A stretch of 64,000 bases of DNA from Gammaproteobacteria bacterium (lineage in GTDB: Bacteria; Pseudomonadota; Gammaproteobacteria; GCA-001735895), in the NCBI GenBank assembly GCA_022340305.1, contig JAJDOF010000124.1:6396-70395 (forward strand), read 5' to 3'. Positions 44,033 to 54,651 of this stretch are shown here, piece after piece; positions within the stretch are counted from its first letter, which is position 1; each line of letters opens with the position of its first letter. The notes under the pieces are model-generated. The model did not search any database and was not told where the DNA came from. It saw only the letters and a program-made list of their open reading frames with translations. Position numbers and translations under genes: made by a program.

Positions 44033-44542
44033 ATGGACCAACACCAGGATGATTTAGTCTGTGTTGGGCATATCCTCGGGGCGCAGGGAATAAAGGGCTG
44101 GGTCAGGGTATTTTCCAATACCAGTCCGCGCGACAACATTGTAAATTACAGTCCCTGGATCATCGAGCAGGGAGATGAACGCAAAGCGGTGAGCATCACT
44201 GGACGCTCACAGGGTAAGAATGTTATTGCCAGGCTGGAAGGCTGCGAGGATCGCAGCGCGGCAGAAGCCCTGACAGGATGTCGGATTCTGATAAGTCCGG
44301 AGCAATTACCCGGTCTGCAAGCCGGCGAATATTACTGGTCCGACCTGATAGGTTTGCAGGTAGAGTCATTGCAGGGCGAAGCGCTTGGTGTGGTTGCGTC
44401 GATGATTGAGACCGGCGCGGATGATGTGATGGTACTGCAGGGAGATCGGGAGCGCCTGATACCGTTTGTGATCGATGACATCGTGCATGAAGTCGATCTT
44501 GAGCGAAAGCGTCTGGTGGTTGACTGGTTGCCCGATTATTAA
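44033..44542 (+). CDS. rimM: Ribosome maturation factor RimM
   Basis: [30 protein letters not shown]. Confidence 0.97.
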   Translation: MDQHQDDLVCVGHILGAQGIKGWVRVFSNTSPRDNIVNYSPWIIEQGDERKAVSITGRSQGKNVIARLEGCEDRSAAEALTGCRILISPEQLPGLQAGEYYWSDLIGLQVESLQGEALGVVASMIETGADDVMVLQGDRERLIPFVIDDIVHEVDLERKRLVVDWLPDY

Positions 44543-44543
44543 G

Positions 44544-45293
44544 ATGCGGATAGACGTTATCACCTTGTTTCCGCAGTTCGTGCAACAGGTGATCAGCTGT
44601 GGCGTCGTTGGTCGCGCCGCCGAGCAGGGTTTGCTCGAATTGCATTGCTGGAACCCGCGTGAATATACTGCGGACAGGCACCGAACGGTCGATGATCGGC
44701 CTTACGGTGGTGGTCCCGGGATGTTGATGAAGGTCGAGCCCTTGCAGGATGCAATCGGAGCGGTACGCGCAAAAAATCCGAATGCGCGCCTGGTGTATTT
44801 AAGCCCGCAGGGCAGGCTACTGAAGCAACGTATGCTGGCGGACCAGGCGGCACTGGGAACAGTGATTTTTTTATGCGGTCGCTACGAAGGCATCGATGAG
44901 CGATTGATCGAGCAGGAAGTGGATGAGGAGTGGTCGCTGGGTGACTACGTCATTAGCGGCGGCGAGTTGGCGGCAATGGTGTGTATCGATGCGATGACAC
45001 GGCTGTTGCCGGGAGCGCTGGGAGATGACGAATCGGCGCAACAGGATTCGTTTAGTGAGGGATTGCTGGACTGCCCGCACTATACCCGGCCCGAGGATTA
45101 TCGGGGTGATTGCGTGCCAGCGGTATTGATGAACGGTAATCACCGTGACATTAATGCCTGGCGCGAAAAGCAGGCGCTGGGACGCACCTGGCAGCGACGT
45201 CCTGACTTGTTGGAGGCAACCCGCCTGGATGACAGGCAGCAGGAGTTGCTGGATGAATACATTGCCGAGTTCGAGCGAACCCGGAAGCGATGA
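44544..45293 (+). CDS. trmD: tRNA (guanine-N1)-methyltransferase
   Basis: [32 protein letters not shown]; start moved to ATG 44544. Confidence 0.98.
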   Translation: MRIDVITLFPQFVQQVISCGVVGRAAEQGLLELHCWNPREYTADRHRTVDDRPYGGGPGMLMKVEPLQDAIGAVRAKNPNARLVYLSPQGRLLKQRMLADQAALGTVIFLCGRYEGIDERLIEQEVDEEWSLGDYVISGGELAAMVCIDAMTRLLPGALGDDESAQQDSFSEGLLDCPHYTRPEDYRGDCVPAVLMNGNHRDINAWREKQALGRTWQRRPDLLEATRLDDRQQELLDEYIAEFERTRKR

Positions 45294-45331
45294 AGTGCAT
45301 CGCAACGAACACGATTTATTGAGGATTTAAA

Positions 45332-45676
45332 ATGAGCAACATAATTGCACAACTTGACGCGGAGAATATGAAGACTGATATTCCCGCTTTTTCTCCAGGG
45401 GACACCGTGGTCGTGCAAGTGCGCGTCCGTGAAGGCACGCGTGAGCGTTTGCAGGCTTACGAGGGTGTTGTTATCGCCAAGCGTAACCGCGGCATCAATT
45501 CCGCTTTTACAGTGCGCAAGATATCCCATGGTGAAGGTGTGGAACGTGTGTTCCAGACGCATAGCCCGCTGATCGCGGAGATCAATGTCAAACGCCGCGG
45601 CCGGGTTCGCCAGGCGAAGCTTTACTACCTGCGTGGACGCACCGGCAAAGCGGCGCGTATTCGGGAAAAGCTCTAA
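45332..45676 (+). CDS. rplS: 50S ribosomal protein L19
   Basis: [33 protein letters not shown]. Confidence 0.98.
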   Translation: MSNIIAQLDAENMKTDIPAFSPGDTVVVQVRVREGTRERLQAYEGVVIAKRNRGINSAFTVRKISHGEGVERVFQTHSPLIAEINVKRRGRVRQAKLYYLRGRTGKAARIREKL

Positions 45677-45704
45677 CCAGCCCGGTTGCGTAATTAGCCA
45701 GGCG

Positions 45705-45740
45705 AAAAGCGTGCCAGTTTTTGCTGCACGCTTTTTTTTT
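45705..45740 (+). terminator. Intrinsic terminator of rpsP operon
   Basis: AAAAGCGTGC / GCACGCTTTT stem with long T tract. Confidence 0.85.
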
Positions 45741-45760
45741 GAGGTTCAGTTTTTGTAGCC

Positions 45761-47542
45761 ATGTCTTTGCAGCGATATTCAGTATTAGCTCACAAGGTAC
45801 ATCTGGCAATATTGCTGGTCGCTGGTCTGGGCATGAGCCAACCTCTACTGGCTGACGAACGTCTCGATCTGCTGAAGAATATTTCGGCGGCGGGTGCGCC
45901 CCTGCTGACCTTGAAGATGCTCGACCAGGCGCAACCTGGAATCGACCAGAACCTGTACGAATGGATACTGTGGGAGCAGGAACGGCTGGAGATACTCACC
46001 CAGTGGCGACAATGGGATCAACTGTTAATTCGCATCGAGACTCTGCCGGCCGACATTCCCGATCAATTCAAACAACAGGTAGCGACCTTCAAGGCCAGGG
46101 CCTATCTCGAACTCAAGCAAACGGCAAGCGCACGCCAGGTATTACGCGAGCGCTTATGGCTTGATCTGGCGCAGGAATCCAGCAATTATGAGATCTGGCG
46201 TCGCCTGGTAATCGAAAGCTACATTGATGACGGCCGCACTGAAGATGCGCGTGTAGCAATGTTGCGTTTCGACCAGGACTTTGACACCACCGACCTGAGC
46301 TGGCTCTTGTTGCGCGCGCGCGTGCTGATCGAATCGGGTCGCTACCAACAGGCGGTTCGAGTTTTACAGGGGCGCGATGAATGGCAGGCCCGGCTGACCA
46401 GCATGCTGGCGAGTTTTCGACAGCAGCGTATCGATAAAGCTGAACTTTGGCGCCAGGTAAAAAAATACAGCGAAGATACCGGGCTTACTGGTGCAGAACG
46501 CAGCAGCCTGTGGGCGCTGGGTTATTTTGCCGCCCAGCAGATGTCGCCGGTGGACCGGGTGGTAGCGCTTGAATCACTATTTCGCAGTGAGCAAACGTCG
46601 CCGCTGAAATTGTTTCAGCTGCCGGTCGATTTACTCTGGGAAGCCTATGTCGAGTATGCCGAACTGGTTGGCAACCGCTCTGAAATCCTGCTCGGTGCCG
46701 ATGAAAAATGGCTCGAACTGGCAAGCTCTGCGAGCAAGTTGACCCCGGTTAAATCACGTGCGCTCTACGCCATGTTGATGTTGCGTTCCGCGGATCTGGA
46801 AGTCAGTAACCGGGCCGCCGCCGGTTACATGGAAACTTTCGCCGAAGTCGATGAAGCCGAGCGCAGGCTACTGGAAAACCTGTTTAATCACAGCCAGACT
46901 TTCTCCGATGCTCATAACATACCTGCAGGAATCCGTTTTCAACTGGTAGATCTGGCACTCAAGTCGGTCGATATCGAGGAGGCAACGCGGTTGATGTCGG
47001 GCCTTACGACAGTGCCGCCGGGTACTGCTCGACTCGACTGGCAATTGCGTCAATCGAGGGTGTTGATCCTGGGCGGCCGCTATGACGAGGGTAACCAGGT
47101 GTTGCAGGGCCTGATCGCCGAGTACCTCGAACCAAAACCCGAGTCGACTGATCGCATACTGCAGGTTTTGTTCGATCTGCAGACGGTTGGCCTGCATGCA
47201 CAGGCGATCGATCATTTCGGGCACCTGTTGCAACTCGACATCGACCCCAAACGTCGACGCGAGATTCTTTACTGGATCGGAGATTCTTATCGAGGCCTGG
47301 AAAAATATCAACAGGCCGCCTTGCTTTACTTGCAGTCGGCGATGATGCCGGCGCCGGATTCGATGGACCCCTGGGCACAGACTGCAAGATTCAACGCTGC
47401 TGAAAGCCTGCAACTCGCTGGGCTGGTCGATGATGCGCGGCGCATTTACCAGGCATTGCTGCAGATCGCCGAGGATCCCGCGCGCCGCTCGGTCTTGAGT
47501 CACAAGATTCAGCAACTTTGGTTAAATCAGGCCGCACAGTAA
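45761..47542 (+). CDS. Large exported helical-repeat (TPR-like) protein of unknown function
   Basis: 593-aa ORF, signal-like N terminus, TPR-like repeats ([22 protein letters not shown]; [26 protein letters not shown]). Confidence 0.75.
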   Translation: MSLQRYSVLAHKVHLAILLVAGLGMSQPLLADERLDLLKNISAAGAPLLTLKMLDQAQPGIDQNLYEWILWEQERLEILTQWRQWDQLLIRIETLPADIPDQFKQQVATFKARAYLELKQTASARQVLRERLWLDLAQESSNYEIWRRLVIESYIDDGRTEDARVAMLRFDQDFDTTDLSWLLLRARVLIESGRYQQAVRVLQGRDEWQARLTSMLASFRQQRIDKAELWRQVKKYSEDTGLTGAERSSLWALGYFAAQQMSPVDRVVALESLFRSEQTSPLKLFQLPVDLLWEAYVEYAELVGNRSEILLGADEKWLELASSASKLTPVKSRALYAMLMLRSADLEVSNRAAAGYMETFAEVDEAERRLLENLFNHSQTFSDAHNIPAGIRFQLVDLALKSVDIEEATRLMSGLTTVPPGTARLDWQLRQSRVLILGGRYDEGNQVLQGLIAEYLEPKPESTDRILQVLFDLQTVGLHAQAIDHFGHLLQLDIDPKRRREILYWIGDSYRGLEKYQQAALLYLQSAMMPAPDSMDPWAQTARFNAAESLQLAGLVDDARRIYQALLQIAEDPARRSVLSHKIQQLWLNQAAQ

Positions 47543-47580
47543 GCCGGTTAGAGTCAGTACTTCGCAACCCGCCCGCAGGC

Positions 47581-47609
47581 CTTGAAAAACCGGGTATAAA
47601 ACCGCATAT
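47581..47609 (+). promoter_or_regulatory. sigma32 (RpoH) promoter of htpG
   Basis: CTTGAAA-N14-CCGCATAT versus consensus CTTGAAA...CCCCATNT. Confidence 0.75.
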
Positions 47610-47649
47610 AGTTTCGTTAAATCAACATTGTCAATGGAGACAACCAGAG

Positions 47650-49548
47650 ATGACAACTGCCAGTAATACTGAGACCCGCGGCTTCGAAACCGAAGTCAAT
47701 CAATTACTCGATTTGATGATTCACTCGCTTTACTCAAACAAGGATATTTTCCTGCGAGAGTTGATTTCAAATGCCTCCGATGCCTGCGATCGCCTGCGAT
47801 TCAATGCGATCTCAAACGCTGATCTTTATGAGCAGGATATCGAACTCAAGATTAAAGTTTCCTATGACGAGGAAAAGCGTACCGTCACCATTAGCGATAA
47901 CGGTATTGGCATGACGCGTGATGAAGTCATCGATCACATCGGTACCATTGCAAAGTCTGGAACCCGCGCCTTTTTCGATTCGATTACCGGTGACGAGAAG
48001 AAAGATGCGCGTCTTATCGGCCAGTTTGGTGTTGGATTTTACTCATCATTTATCGTTGCCGAGGAAGTCACCTTGCGTACGCGCAGGGCTGGCGAGGCTG
48101 CTGACCAGGGCGTCGAGTGGATATCCAAAGGCAAGGGTGAATACAGTATTGCATCGGTTGAAAAATCGACGCGCGGGACCGAGATTACCCTGCAATTGCG
48201 CGAAGGTGAGGACGAATACCTGAATGACTGGAAATTGCGCTCGATTATTACCGAATATTCTGATCACATCGGATTTCCGGTGATGATGGACAAGAAGATC
48301 GAAGCCGATGCGGATGAAGGCGAGACAGTTATCGAGGAAGAAACGGTCAACCAGGCCTCGGCGTTGTGGGCGCAGGAGCGTTCGGAGATCAAGGATGAAG
48401 AGTACATCGAATTTTACAAGCACGTTGCGCATGATTTCGAGGATCCCCTTTGCTGGAGCCATAATCGGGTCGAGGGCACCAATGAATACACCTCGCTACT
48501 CTACATTCCAGCGCGTGCGCCCTATGATTTATACGACCGTGAGTCGGCCCATGGCCTCAAACTCTACGTGCAGCGTGTATTCATCATGGAAGACGCGGAA
48601 AAGCTGATGCCGCGCTACCTGCGTTTCGTGCGCGGCCTGATCGATTCGAATGATCTACCGCTGAACGTATCGCGCGAAATGCTGCAAGGAAGCAAGGTCA
48701 TTGACAGTATTCGCAGTGGTTCGGTGAAGAAAGTCCTCGGCATGCTGGAAAAGATGGCGAAGAACGATCCGGAGAAGTATCAGAAATTCTGGACCGAGTT
48801 CGGACGGGTGCTGAAGGAAGGACCGGCTGAGGATTTCGCCAATCGTGACAAGATTGGCAAGCTGCTGCGTTTTGCTTCTACTCACAACGACGCCGCGGAT
48901 CAAACGGTTTCCCTGGATGATTACATCGGCCGGATGCAGGAAGGCCAGGACAAGATTTACTATGTCGCCGCGGATACCCACGCTGCAGCGAAGAGCAGCC
49001 CGCATCTCGAGATATTCCGCAAGAAAGGCATCGAGGTGCTATTGCTTTCGGATCGTGTCGACGAATGGTTGACCGCGCACTTGATGGAACATGAAGGCAA
49101 GAAACTGCAATCAGTCGCCAAGGGAGAGCTTGACCTGGGCGATGATGAGGCTTCCGAGAAGGAACTGGAAAAGAAGGCGAAGTCGGCAGAGAAGTTGCTA
49201 AAGCGCATGAAGAAATCGCTCGAAGACCGGGTCGCGGACGTGCGCGTGACTAATCGGTTAACCGATTCACCGGCGTGTATCGTGTTGAACGAGCAGGACA
49301 TGGCGATGCACATGCAACGCATACTCAAGGAAGCGGGGCACGAGATGCCGAGCACCAAACCGATACTTGAAATCAACCCGGATCATCCCATTGTGAAGCA
49401 AATGGATGGCGAAAAGTCGAAGAAGAAGTTTGACGACTGGTCTGCTATATTATTTGATCAAGCGCTGCTTGCTGAAGGCGGTCAACTCGAGGATCCGGCA
49501 GGTTTTGTTGCAAAACTTAACAAGATGTTGGTGGCCATTGCCCGATAA
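47650..49548 (+). CDS. htpG: Chaperone HtpG (Hsp90)
   Basis: [37 protein letters not shown]; start moved to ATG 47650. Confidence 0.98.
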   Translation: MTTASNTETRGFETEVNQLLDLMIHSLYSNKDIFLRELISNASDACDRLRFNAISNADLYEQDIELKIKVSYDEEKRTVTISDNGIGMTRDEVIDHIGTIAKSGTRAFFDSITGDEKKDARLIGQFGVGFYSSFIVAEEVTLRTRRAGEAADQGVEWISKGKGEYSIASVEKSTRGTEITLQLREGEDEYLNDWKLRSIITEYSDHIGFPVMMDKKIEADADEGETVIEEETVNQASALWAQERSEIKDEEYIEFYKHVAHDFEDPLCWSHNRVEGTNEYTSLLYIPARAPYDLYDRESAHGLKLYVQRVFIMEDAEKLMPRYLRFVRGLIDSNDLPLNVSREMLQGSKVIDSIRSGSVKKVLGMLEKMAKNDPEKYQKFWTEFGRVLKEGPAEDFANRDKIGKLLRFASTHNDAADQTVSLDDYIGRMQEGQDKIYYVAADTHAAAKSSPHLEIFRKKGIEVLLLSDRVDEWLTAHLMEHEGKKLQSVAKGELDLGDDEASEKELEKKAKSAEKLLKRMKKSLEDRVADVRVTNRLTDSPACIVLNEQDMAMHMQRILKEAGHEMPSTKPILEINPDHPIVKQMDGEKSKKKFDDWSAILFDQALLAEGGQLEDPAGFVAKLNKMLVAIAR

Positions 49549-49984
49549 CACGACGATAAGAAAATTCATCCGCCACCCGGTAGACATGCCGATCCAGGTG
49601 ACTAATAACTGGGTGGAGGATGAAAATGACGAGACTATCGACCAGACGATCACCAATGTCAGCCTCGGTGGCCTCGCCTTCATCTCACCAAAACCACTGG
49701 AAATTCTCGATCGCGTGCGGGTCTCTATTCCCGTTCTGGATCGTGACGACAGGCTGATCGGCAATGTCGTATGGTGTGAAAAATCGGCCAGCGGTAACGG
49801 TTATGAAATTGGAGTCGAGTTCGAAAAATCGCGGGATTTTTTCCGTTTGCGAATGATTGAACAAATTTGCCACATCGAACACTATCGCAGGGAGACCCTG
49901 CGTATTGAAGGTCGTAAGTTGAGCCCCCAGCAAGCCGCCAGCGAATGGATTGCGAAATACGCCGACGATTTTCCAGCACTTTAA
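49538..49984 (+). CDS. PilZ-domain protein
   Basis: RKFIR (RxxxR) and NVSLGG (NxSxxG) motifs; TTG start overlapping htpG end inferred. Confidence 0.85.
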   Translation: MPDNTTIRKFIRHPVDMPIQVTNNWVEDENDETIDQTITNVSLGGLAFISPKPLEILDRVRVSIPVLDRDDRLIGNVVWCEKSASGNGYEIGVEFEKSRDFFRLRMIEQICHIEHYRRETLRIEGRKLSPQQAASEWIAKYADDFPAL

Positions 49985-49987
49985 TTT

Positions 49988-50992
49988 GTGGACAAAAAGC
50001 CTTCAGTCGCCATCATCGGTGCCGGACTGGCGGGCCTTACCTGCGGTACTGCGCTGCAGGGGATGGTCGACAACATCCGTATATTCGAGAAGAGCATTTT
50101 CGCTGGCGGGCGTATCGGGCGTTTTCGTGCCGGGGAGTATGAGTTCAACCATGGCGCACAATATTTCACTGTCAATAACTCCTTGTTCTGGAATATCGTT
50201 TCCGCCTGGCAAAGTGAAGGCGTAGTCCGGCCCTGGGACGGCTGGATCGTCGAATTGCAAAAGGGGCAGATCATCAACAGTGATATGTCGACTCAACGAT
50301 TTGTGGGCGTGCCGCGCATGCTGGAAATCGTCGAAAACCTGGCCAGGCGCTGTGACTTGGTGACTTCGGTAAACATCGCCGAGCTGGAACATCAGGAATC
50401 CGGCGGCTGGCGTCTGTTCAATCAAAGGGGTGATTACCAGGGGTTGTTCGACATCGTAATCGTCGCCACAGCCGCGCACCAGGCAGCCGAACTTTGCCGG
50501 CCCGTGAAAAGGATTAGTAAGGCGGCGGCCAATGTCGACATGACGGTTTGCTGGAGTGCGATGTTCGCTTTCGAGCGTAGGCTCGATCTGCCTTACGATG
50601 CCGCTTTCGTGCTGGATTCACCGTTGTCCTGGATTTCGCGCTACCAATATGCCGAGCCTGGACACGATGTCGATTGCTGGGTTTTGCATGCTACGCCGGA
50701 ATGGTCTCAACAATACGTCGCCAGTTTTCGCGGAAGAGTAATGAATGCCTTGCTGGATGCCTTCTGGGAAGCGACCGATATCGCCGTAGCTAAACCCCTG
50801 TCTGCGTCGGTACATTGCTGGAAACACGCGCAGCCGATTAACCCGATTGGCGAAGACTCACTGTTTGATGAAGCAAAGGCGCTCGGTGCCTGTGGTGACT
50901 GGTGCACAGCCCCACGTATCGAGGGTGCGGTATTGAGTGGATTTTCAATGGCGGACCGGGTGATGAAATACGTGCGTAAAAAATATGCCTGA
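49988..50992 (+). CDS. Renalase-like FAD/NAD(P)-dependent oxidoreductase
   Basis: IIGAGLAGL, FNHGAQYFT, HCWKHAQP, GACGDWC, IEGAVLSG. Confidence 0.9.
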   Translation: MDKKPSVAIIGAGLAGLTCGTALQGMVDNIRIFEKSIFAGGRIGRFRAGEYEFNHGAQYFTVNNSLFWNIVSAWQSEGVVRPWDGWIVELQKGQIINSDMSTQRFVGVPRMLEIVENLARRCDLVTSVNIAELEHQESGGWRLFNQRGDYQGLFDIVIVATAAHQAAELCRPVKRISKAAANVDMTVCWSAMFAFERRLDLPYDAAFVLDSPLSWISRYQYAEPGHDVDCWVLHATPEWSQQYVASFRGRVMNALLDAFWEATDIAVAKPLSASVHCWKHAQPINPIGEDSLFDEAKALGACGDWCTAPRIEGAVLSGFSMADRVMKYVRKKYA

Positions 50993-51016
50993 AGCGTTGC
51001 TAGCGCTGCGGTTACC

Positions 51017-51403
51017 ATGAACGAGGAAAATGTTCGACTCGACAAGTGGCTGTGGGCCGCGCGATTCTTCAAGACCCGGGCGCTGGCCGCCGGCGCGGTG
51101 AGCACTGGCAAGGTTCATTCTGGTGGCCAGCCCGTGAAGCCCTCGCGCGGAGTCAAAATTGACGACTGTTACGAAATTCGACGCGGTTACGAAAACTTTG
51201 AGATTGTAGTCAAGGCGCTCAGTGAACACCGGGGTTCGGCGACGACGGCACAGTTGTTGTACCGTGAAACCGAGAGCAGCGTCACCAGGCGCAAAGGCGA
51301 AGCCGAGAAGCGCAAGCTGGCGATGATGGCGCGCCCGCAGTCTGTGGGACGACCCGATAAAAAACAGCGCCGCCAGATTCGGCGCTTTATTGATAAGCCA
51401 TAA
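51017..51403 (+). CDS. hslR: Heat shock protein 15 (S4 domain)
   Basis: VRLDKWLWAARFFKTRALA, RPDKKQRRQ. Confidence 0.95.
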   Translation: MNEENVRLDKWLWAARFFKTRALAAGAVSTGKVHSGGQPVKPSRGVKIDDCYEIRRGYENFEIVVKALSEHRGSATTAQLLYRETESSVTRRKGEAEKRKLAMMARPQSVGRPDKKQRRQIRRFIDKP

Positions 51404-51440
51404 CCGGGCGTATGCGGCGGACCATGGCAAGGCCATCGCC

Positions 51441-52007
51441 ATGAACAGAGTATTTGTTTACGGCACACTAACCCGCATATCTCACCGAATTCCTCGGCAA
51501 TTGCTCCTGCATTGCTCTACCTCCGGCATCCCTGCAGTCGTACTGCGGGCGTCGTAAAGCGCACTGTGACGGGCTGTACTCCCGACGGCCGGCTTGACCT
51601 AGTGTCGACTACACGCTGCACCGACCGCTGGTCCGTGCCGCACGCCACAGCGTCTTTACGACGCCCTCGCTACGTAAATCGGTGAGATATGCGGGTTAAA
51701 GCGCGGCCAGGGTAATTCCCATTACCTTCAGACCGCGGAATTCGTCGGCACATTCAGCACCGAGTCGGTTTTCTCGATGTACGCCTTCGACGACTATCCC
51801 GCGCTATGCGAACAGGGTTGTCACGCGATTCATGGCGAAATTTATCATGTCAGCGATATCCCGTTTCGTTTGCTGGACGAACTCGAATGGTACCCGGATT
51901 TTTATCAGCGAATCGTAATCCCCACTCGGTACGGCGATGCCTGGATGTATATCGTCAAGGCTGCATTGTGTCACGGGAGACCATTGCTCCCGGGTAGCTG
52001 GCCCTGA
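51441..52007 (+). pseudogene. Gamma-glutamylcyclotransferase (YtfP/AIG2-like) gene interrupted by a MITE
   Basis: MNRVFVYGTL (51441-51470) resumes as KRGQGNSHYL...HGEIY...LDELEWYP from 51699; insertion carries in-frame TAA at 51555-51557. Confidence 0.92.
51471..51696. mobile_element. 226-bp MITE with 18-bp perfect terminal inverted repeats and TA target duplication
   Basis: ACCCGCATATCTCACCGA ... TCGGTGAGATATGCGGGT, flanked by TA (51469-70, 51697-98); internal 13-bp perfect IR 51547-59/51654-66. Confidence 0.92.
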
Positions 52008-52032
52008 TCGACAGCACAGGTATGGTTGTTGA

Positions 52033-54462
52033 TCAATACGGGGTGGTCTTGACGATTGACAGGATGCTGCTGCGTACCTCGGTGCTAAGCAGGTTGCGCA
52101 GGTCGAGGCTGACGAAGTCGAAGTTTGCAGCAAACTCGAGTTGTTGCTCGCTATTTCGCAGCAGGTACTCGCGCTCGATCATGGTGTCGATGAAGTCACG
52201 GAATAACAAACGGTCGAAAAAATCGGGCGAGTTGATGCCGTATAGCATCGAAATTTTCTGCGCCAGCAAGTGACAGCGATGCTCGAGCTCGCTTTCCTCA
52301 AGCGGTGTGGGCGAGGTTTGCCAGAGCAGGATAAAAGTCATGTAATAGCGTTCGAGGATGGGTTGTACGATGTGCGCGAGCCGCAGAAGTAGCACGAAGT
52401 TGTGGTGACTGCGGCGTGGACGCCGCAGATCGTTACCCAGGGGCTCGAGTAGCGCTTCATCGATCAGGCCGTCGATAAACTCATCGACGATCGCGTGGAG
52501 AGTCGCACCTGGCCATTCGAGTTGTAATTCGGATTTCAGAAACGGGTAGAGCAAGGCTATTTTGCGTTGCACACGATCGCGCGAGAGCCGGCGTACATTG
52601 CTAAAGCAGCAGGCGATCAGTGCAGGGATGACCAGCGTATGCAGACTGTTGTTGCGATAGTAGCCGAGTAATACCGAATCTTCGGGCTTGAGGTAGACGA
52701 TATCACCAAGTTCGTGATGGCGGATATGAATGATTTTCTGGCGGGCAACTCGCTCGATCTGCGTCCGCTCAAGCTTGCCTTCGATGCGAATCGACGCCAG
52801 GCAGGGAGCAGCGCGAATCAGGCGATGATGCAAGTCGATCTGGGTGATCAATTCCTCGATTTCGATACTCTGGCGCGGTGTGGCGAGTACTACCGTCGCG
52901 ATCGAATTGATCGGGTTGACGACGCAGGCGCGGCCGATACCCTGCATGATTTCAGCCCCTAGCTGTTGCAGGCTGGCCTGGTACCAGTCAGGTTTGTGCT
53001 GTATCTGTTCCGCCTGCTGCTCCCAGTTCGCGCAATGCCGGTGCAGCAGATCGCCCAGTATGATGGGTTCACCGAAACTGGCGGTAACCTTGCCGAAATG
53101 CCCCTTCAAGTGGAAAATAGCGCTAAGCGCGCCGAGAGTAGATTCCTTTTTCTTTTTGCCTCCGTAGAGTTCGCCGAGGTAAGCTTTGCCCTCCAGCAGC
53201 TTTTCGTAGCCGATGTAAACCGGGACGAATGCCAGCGGTCTTGCCCGGGTCCTGATGTACGCGTCAACCGTCATGCCGAGCATGCCGAAACGAGGCTTTA
53301 GCATTCTGCCGGTGCGGCTGCGTCCACCCTCGACAAAGTACTCCAGCGGCACCCCCAGCTTTACCAATTGCATCAGGTAGGCGCGCATGATGGCACCGTA
53401 GAGTCGATTGTCGCGAAAACTGCGGCGAATGAAAAATGCGCCCCCACCGCGCAGGATGCGGCCGATGAACGGAATGTTGAGGTTATCGCCGGCGGCGATG
53501 TAGGGTATTGCCAGGTTCTGCTCGTAGATGACGTAGGACAGCAGCAGGTAGTCGACGTGACTGCGATGGCAGGGAACATAGACCAACTGGTGGCTGAGTG
53601 CCGTTTCGCGCACTCGATCGGCATTATATACCTCGATGCCGCTGTAAAATCGGTTCCAGAAGCTGCGCAGCAGGCGCAGCATGACCTCGATGGTCAGTTG
53701 CGTAGAATCGGCAAAGATTTCCCGGCAATAGCGCCTCGCCCTGCGCTGGACACGCGCCTCGCCATCCCGCGCGCCGGCAATTTTCCGCTGCACCGATTCA
53801 TCGGCGATTACTTTTTCCACGAGCTGCTTGTGACTGGTGATTTGCGGCCCAAAGGTCGCCTCTCGCTGTTGCTGAAGCAGCGTCGTCAGCTGTTCCTGCA
53901 ACTGTTGTTCGTCATACCCGCTGTGCGCGAGAAGTTCGCGGAAGTCGAGTGTCTGCGAAAAGATCAGGCGCGCGTTGCGCCCGTGAATCAACAGAGTAAA
54001 AAAGCGGCGACTACGTCCCGCCAGTGCCCAGGTATCGGCAAACAGCACCTGTAGCCAATGCTTGTAACGCGCTAGCGGGCGTCCCCAGAACACCGATACC
54101 GCTACGATCTGCAGGTCGAGTTGGGGGTTGTTGGCGAAGGCAGCGACGAAATCACTCAGCATTGGCGAGCGCTTGCGCCGGCGTTTTATCCAGTCGGTAA
54201 CGGGGTTACGCGAGGCAATGCTGTATACCGAGTGATAGCGGTGCAGTTCCGCAATGGGAGTCCGCAGCAACGGATCGGGCATTCCGTGACGTCGGGTCGA
54301 CTCATTCAGTACCAGCAGGTCACTCAAACCGCGATCGGCAAGCACGTAGAGCACCGGTCGCGATGGATCGATGCCGACGGTCGGATCGGGTTGAGGGAAA
54401 ATCTCAACCTTGACCCACAGAAACAATATCCAGCGCAGTAGTCGATTGATCTGTTTTTTCAA
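52033..54462 (-). CDS. plsB: Glycerol-3-phosphate 1-O-acyltransferase
   Basis: PCHRSHVDY, GAFFIRRSF, FVEGGRSRTG. Confidence 0.96.
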   Translation of the reverse strand: MKKQINRLLRWILFLWVKVEIFPQPDPTVGIDPSRPVLYVLADRGLSDLLVLNESTRRHGMPDPLLRTPIAELHRYHSVYSIASRNPVTDWIKRRRKRSPMLSDFVAAFANNPQLDLQIVAVSVFWGRPLARYKHWLQVLFADTWALAGRSRRFFTLLIHGRNARLIFSQTLDFRELLAHSGYDEQQLQEQLTTLLQQQREATFGPQITSHKQLVEKVIADESVQRKIAGARDGEARVQRRARRYCREIFADSTQLTIEVMLRLLRSFWNRFYSGIEVYNADRVRETALSHQLVYVPCHRSHVDYLLLSYVIYEQNLAIPYIAAGDNLNIPFIGRILRGGGAFFIRRSFRDNRLYGAIMRAYLMQLVKLGVPLEYFVEGGRSRTGRMLKPRFGMLGMTVDAYIRTRARPLAFVPVYIGYEKLLEGKAYLGELYGGKKKKESTLGALSAIFHLKGHFGKVTASFGEPIILGDLLHRHCANWEQQAEQIQHKPDWYQASLQQLGAEIMQGIGRACVVNPINSIATVVLATPRQSIEIEELITQIDLHHRLIRAAPCLASIRIEGKLERTQIERVARQKIIHIRHHELGDIVYLKPEDSVLLGYYRNNSLHTLVIPALIACCFSNVRRLSRDRVQRKIALLYPFLKSELQLEWPGATLHAIVDEFIDGLIDEALLEPLGNDLRRPRRSHHNFVLLLRLAHIVQPILERYYMTFILLWQTSPTPLEESELEHRCHLLAQKISMLYGINSPDFFDRLLFRDFIDTMIEREYLLRNSEQQLEFAANFDFVSLDLRNLLSTEVRSSILSIVKTTPY

Positions 54463-54651
54463 TGGAATGCTGTTACATCGGCCAGGGTCACGGAATGATA
54501 ACCCCCATCTGCGCCGCAGATGAAGAAAATCGCGCGCGAATTTGCATTATCGAATGCTGTCACCCTGTCAGGATTGCCTGGATAGTCGATAGCTACCCGT
54601 TGGTACGCCCTGCAGAATTGATCCGCAAGTCGCCACCGGGCGGGTAGCCTT

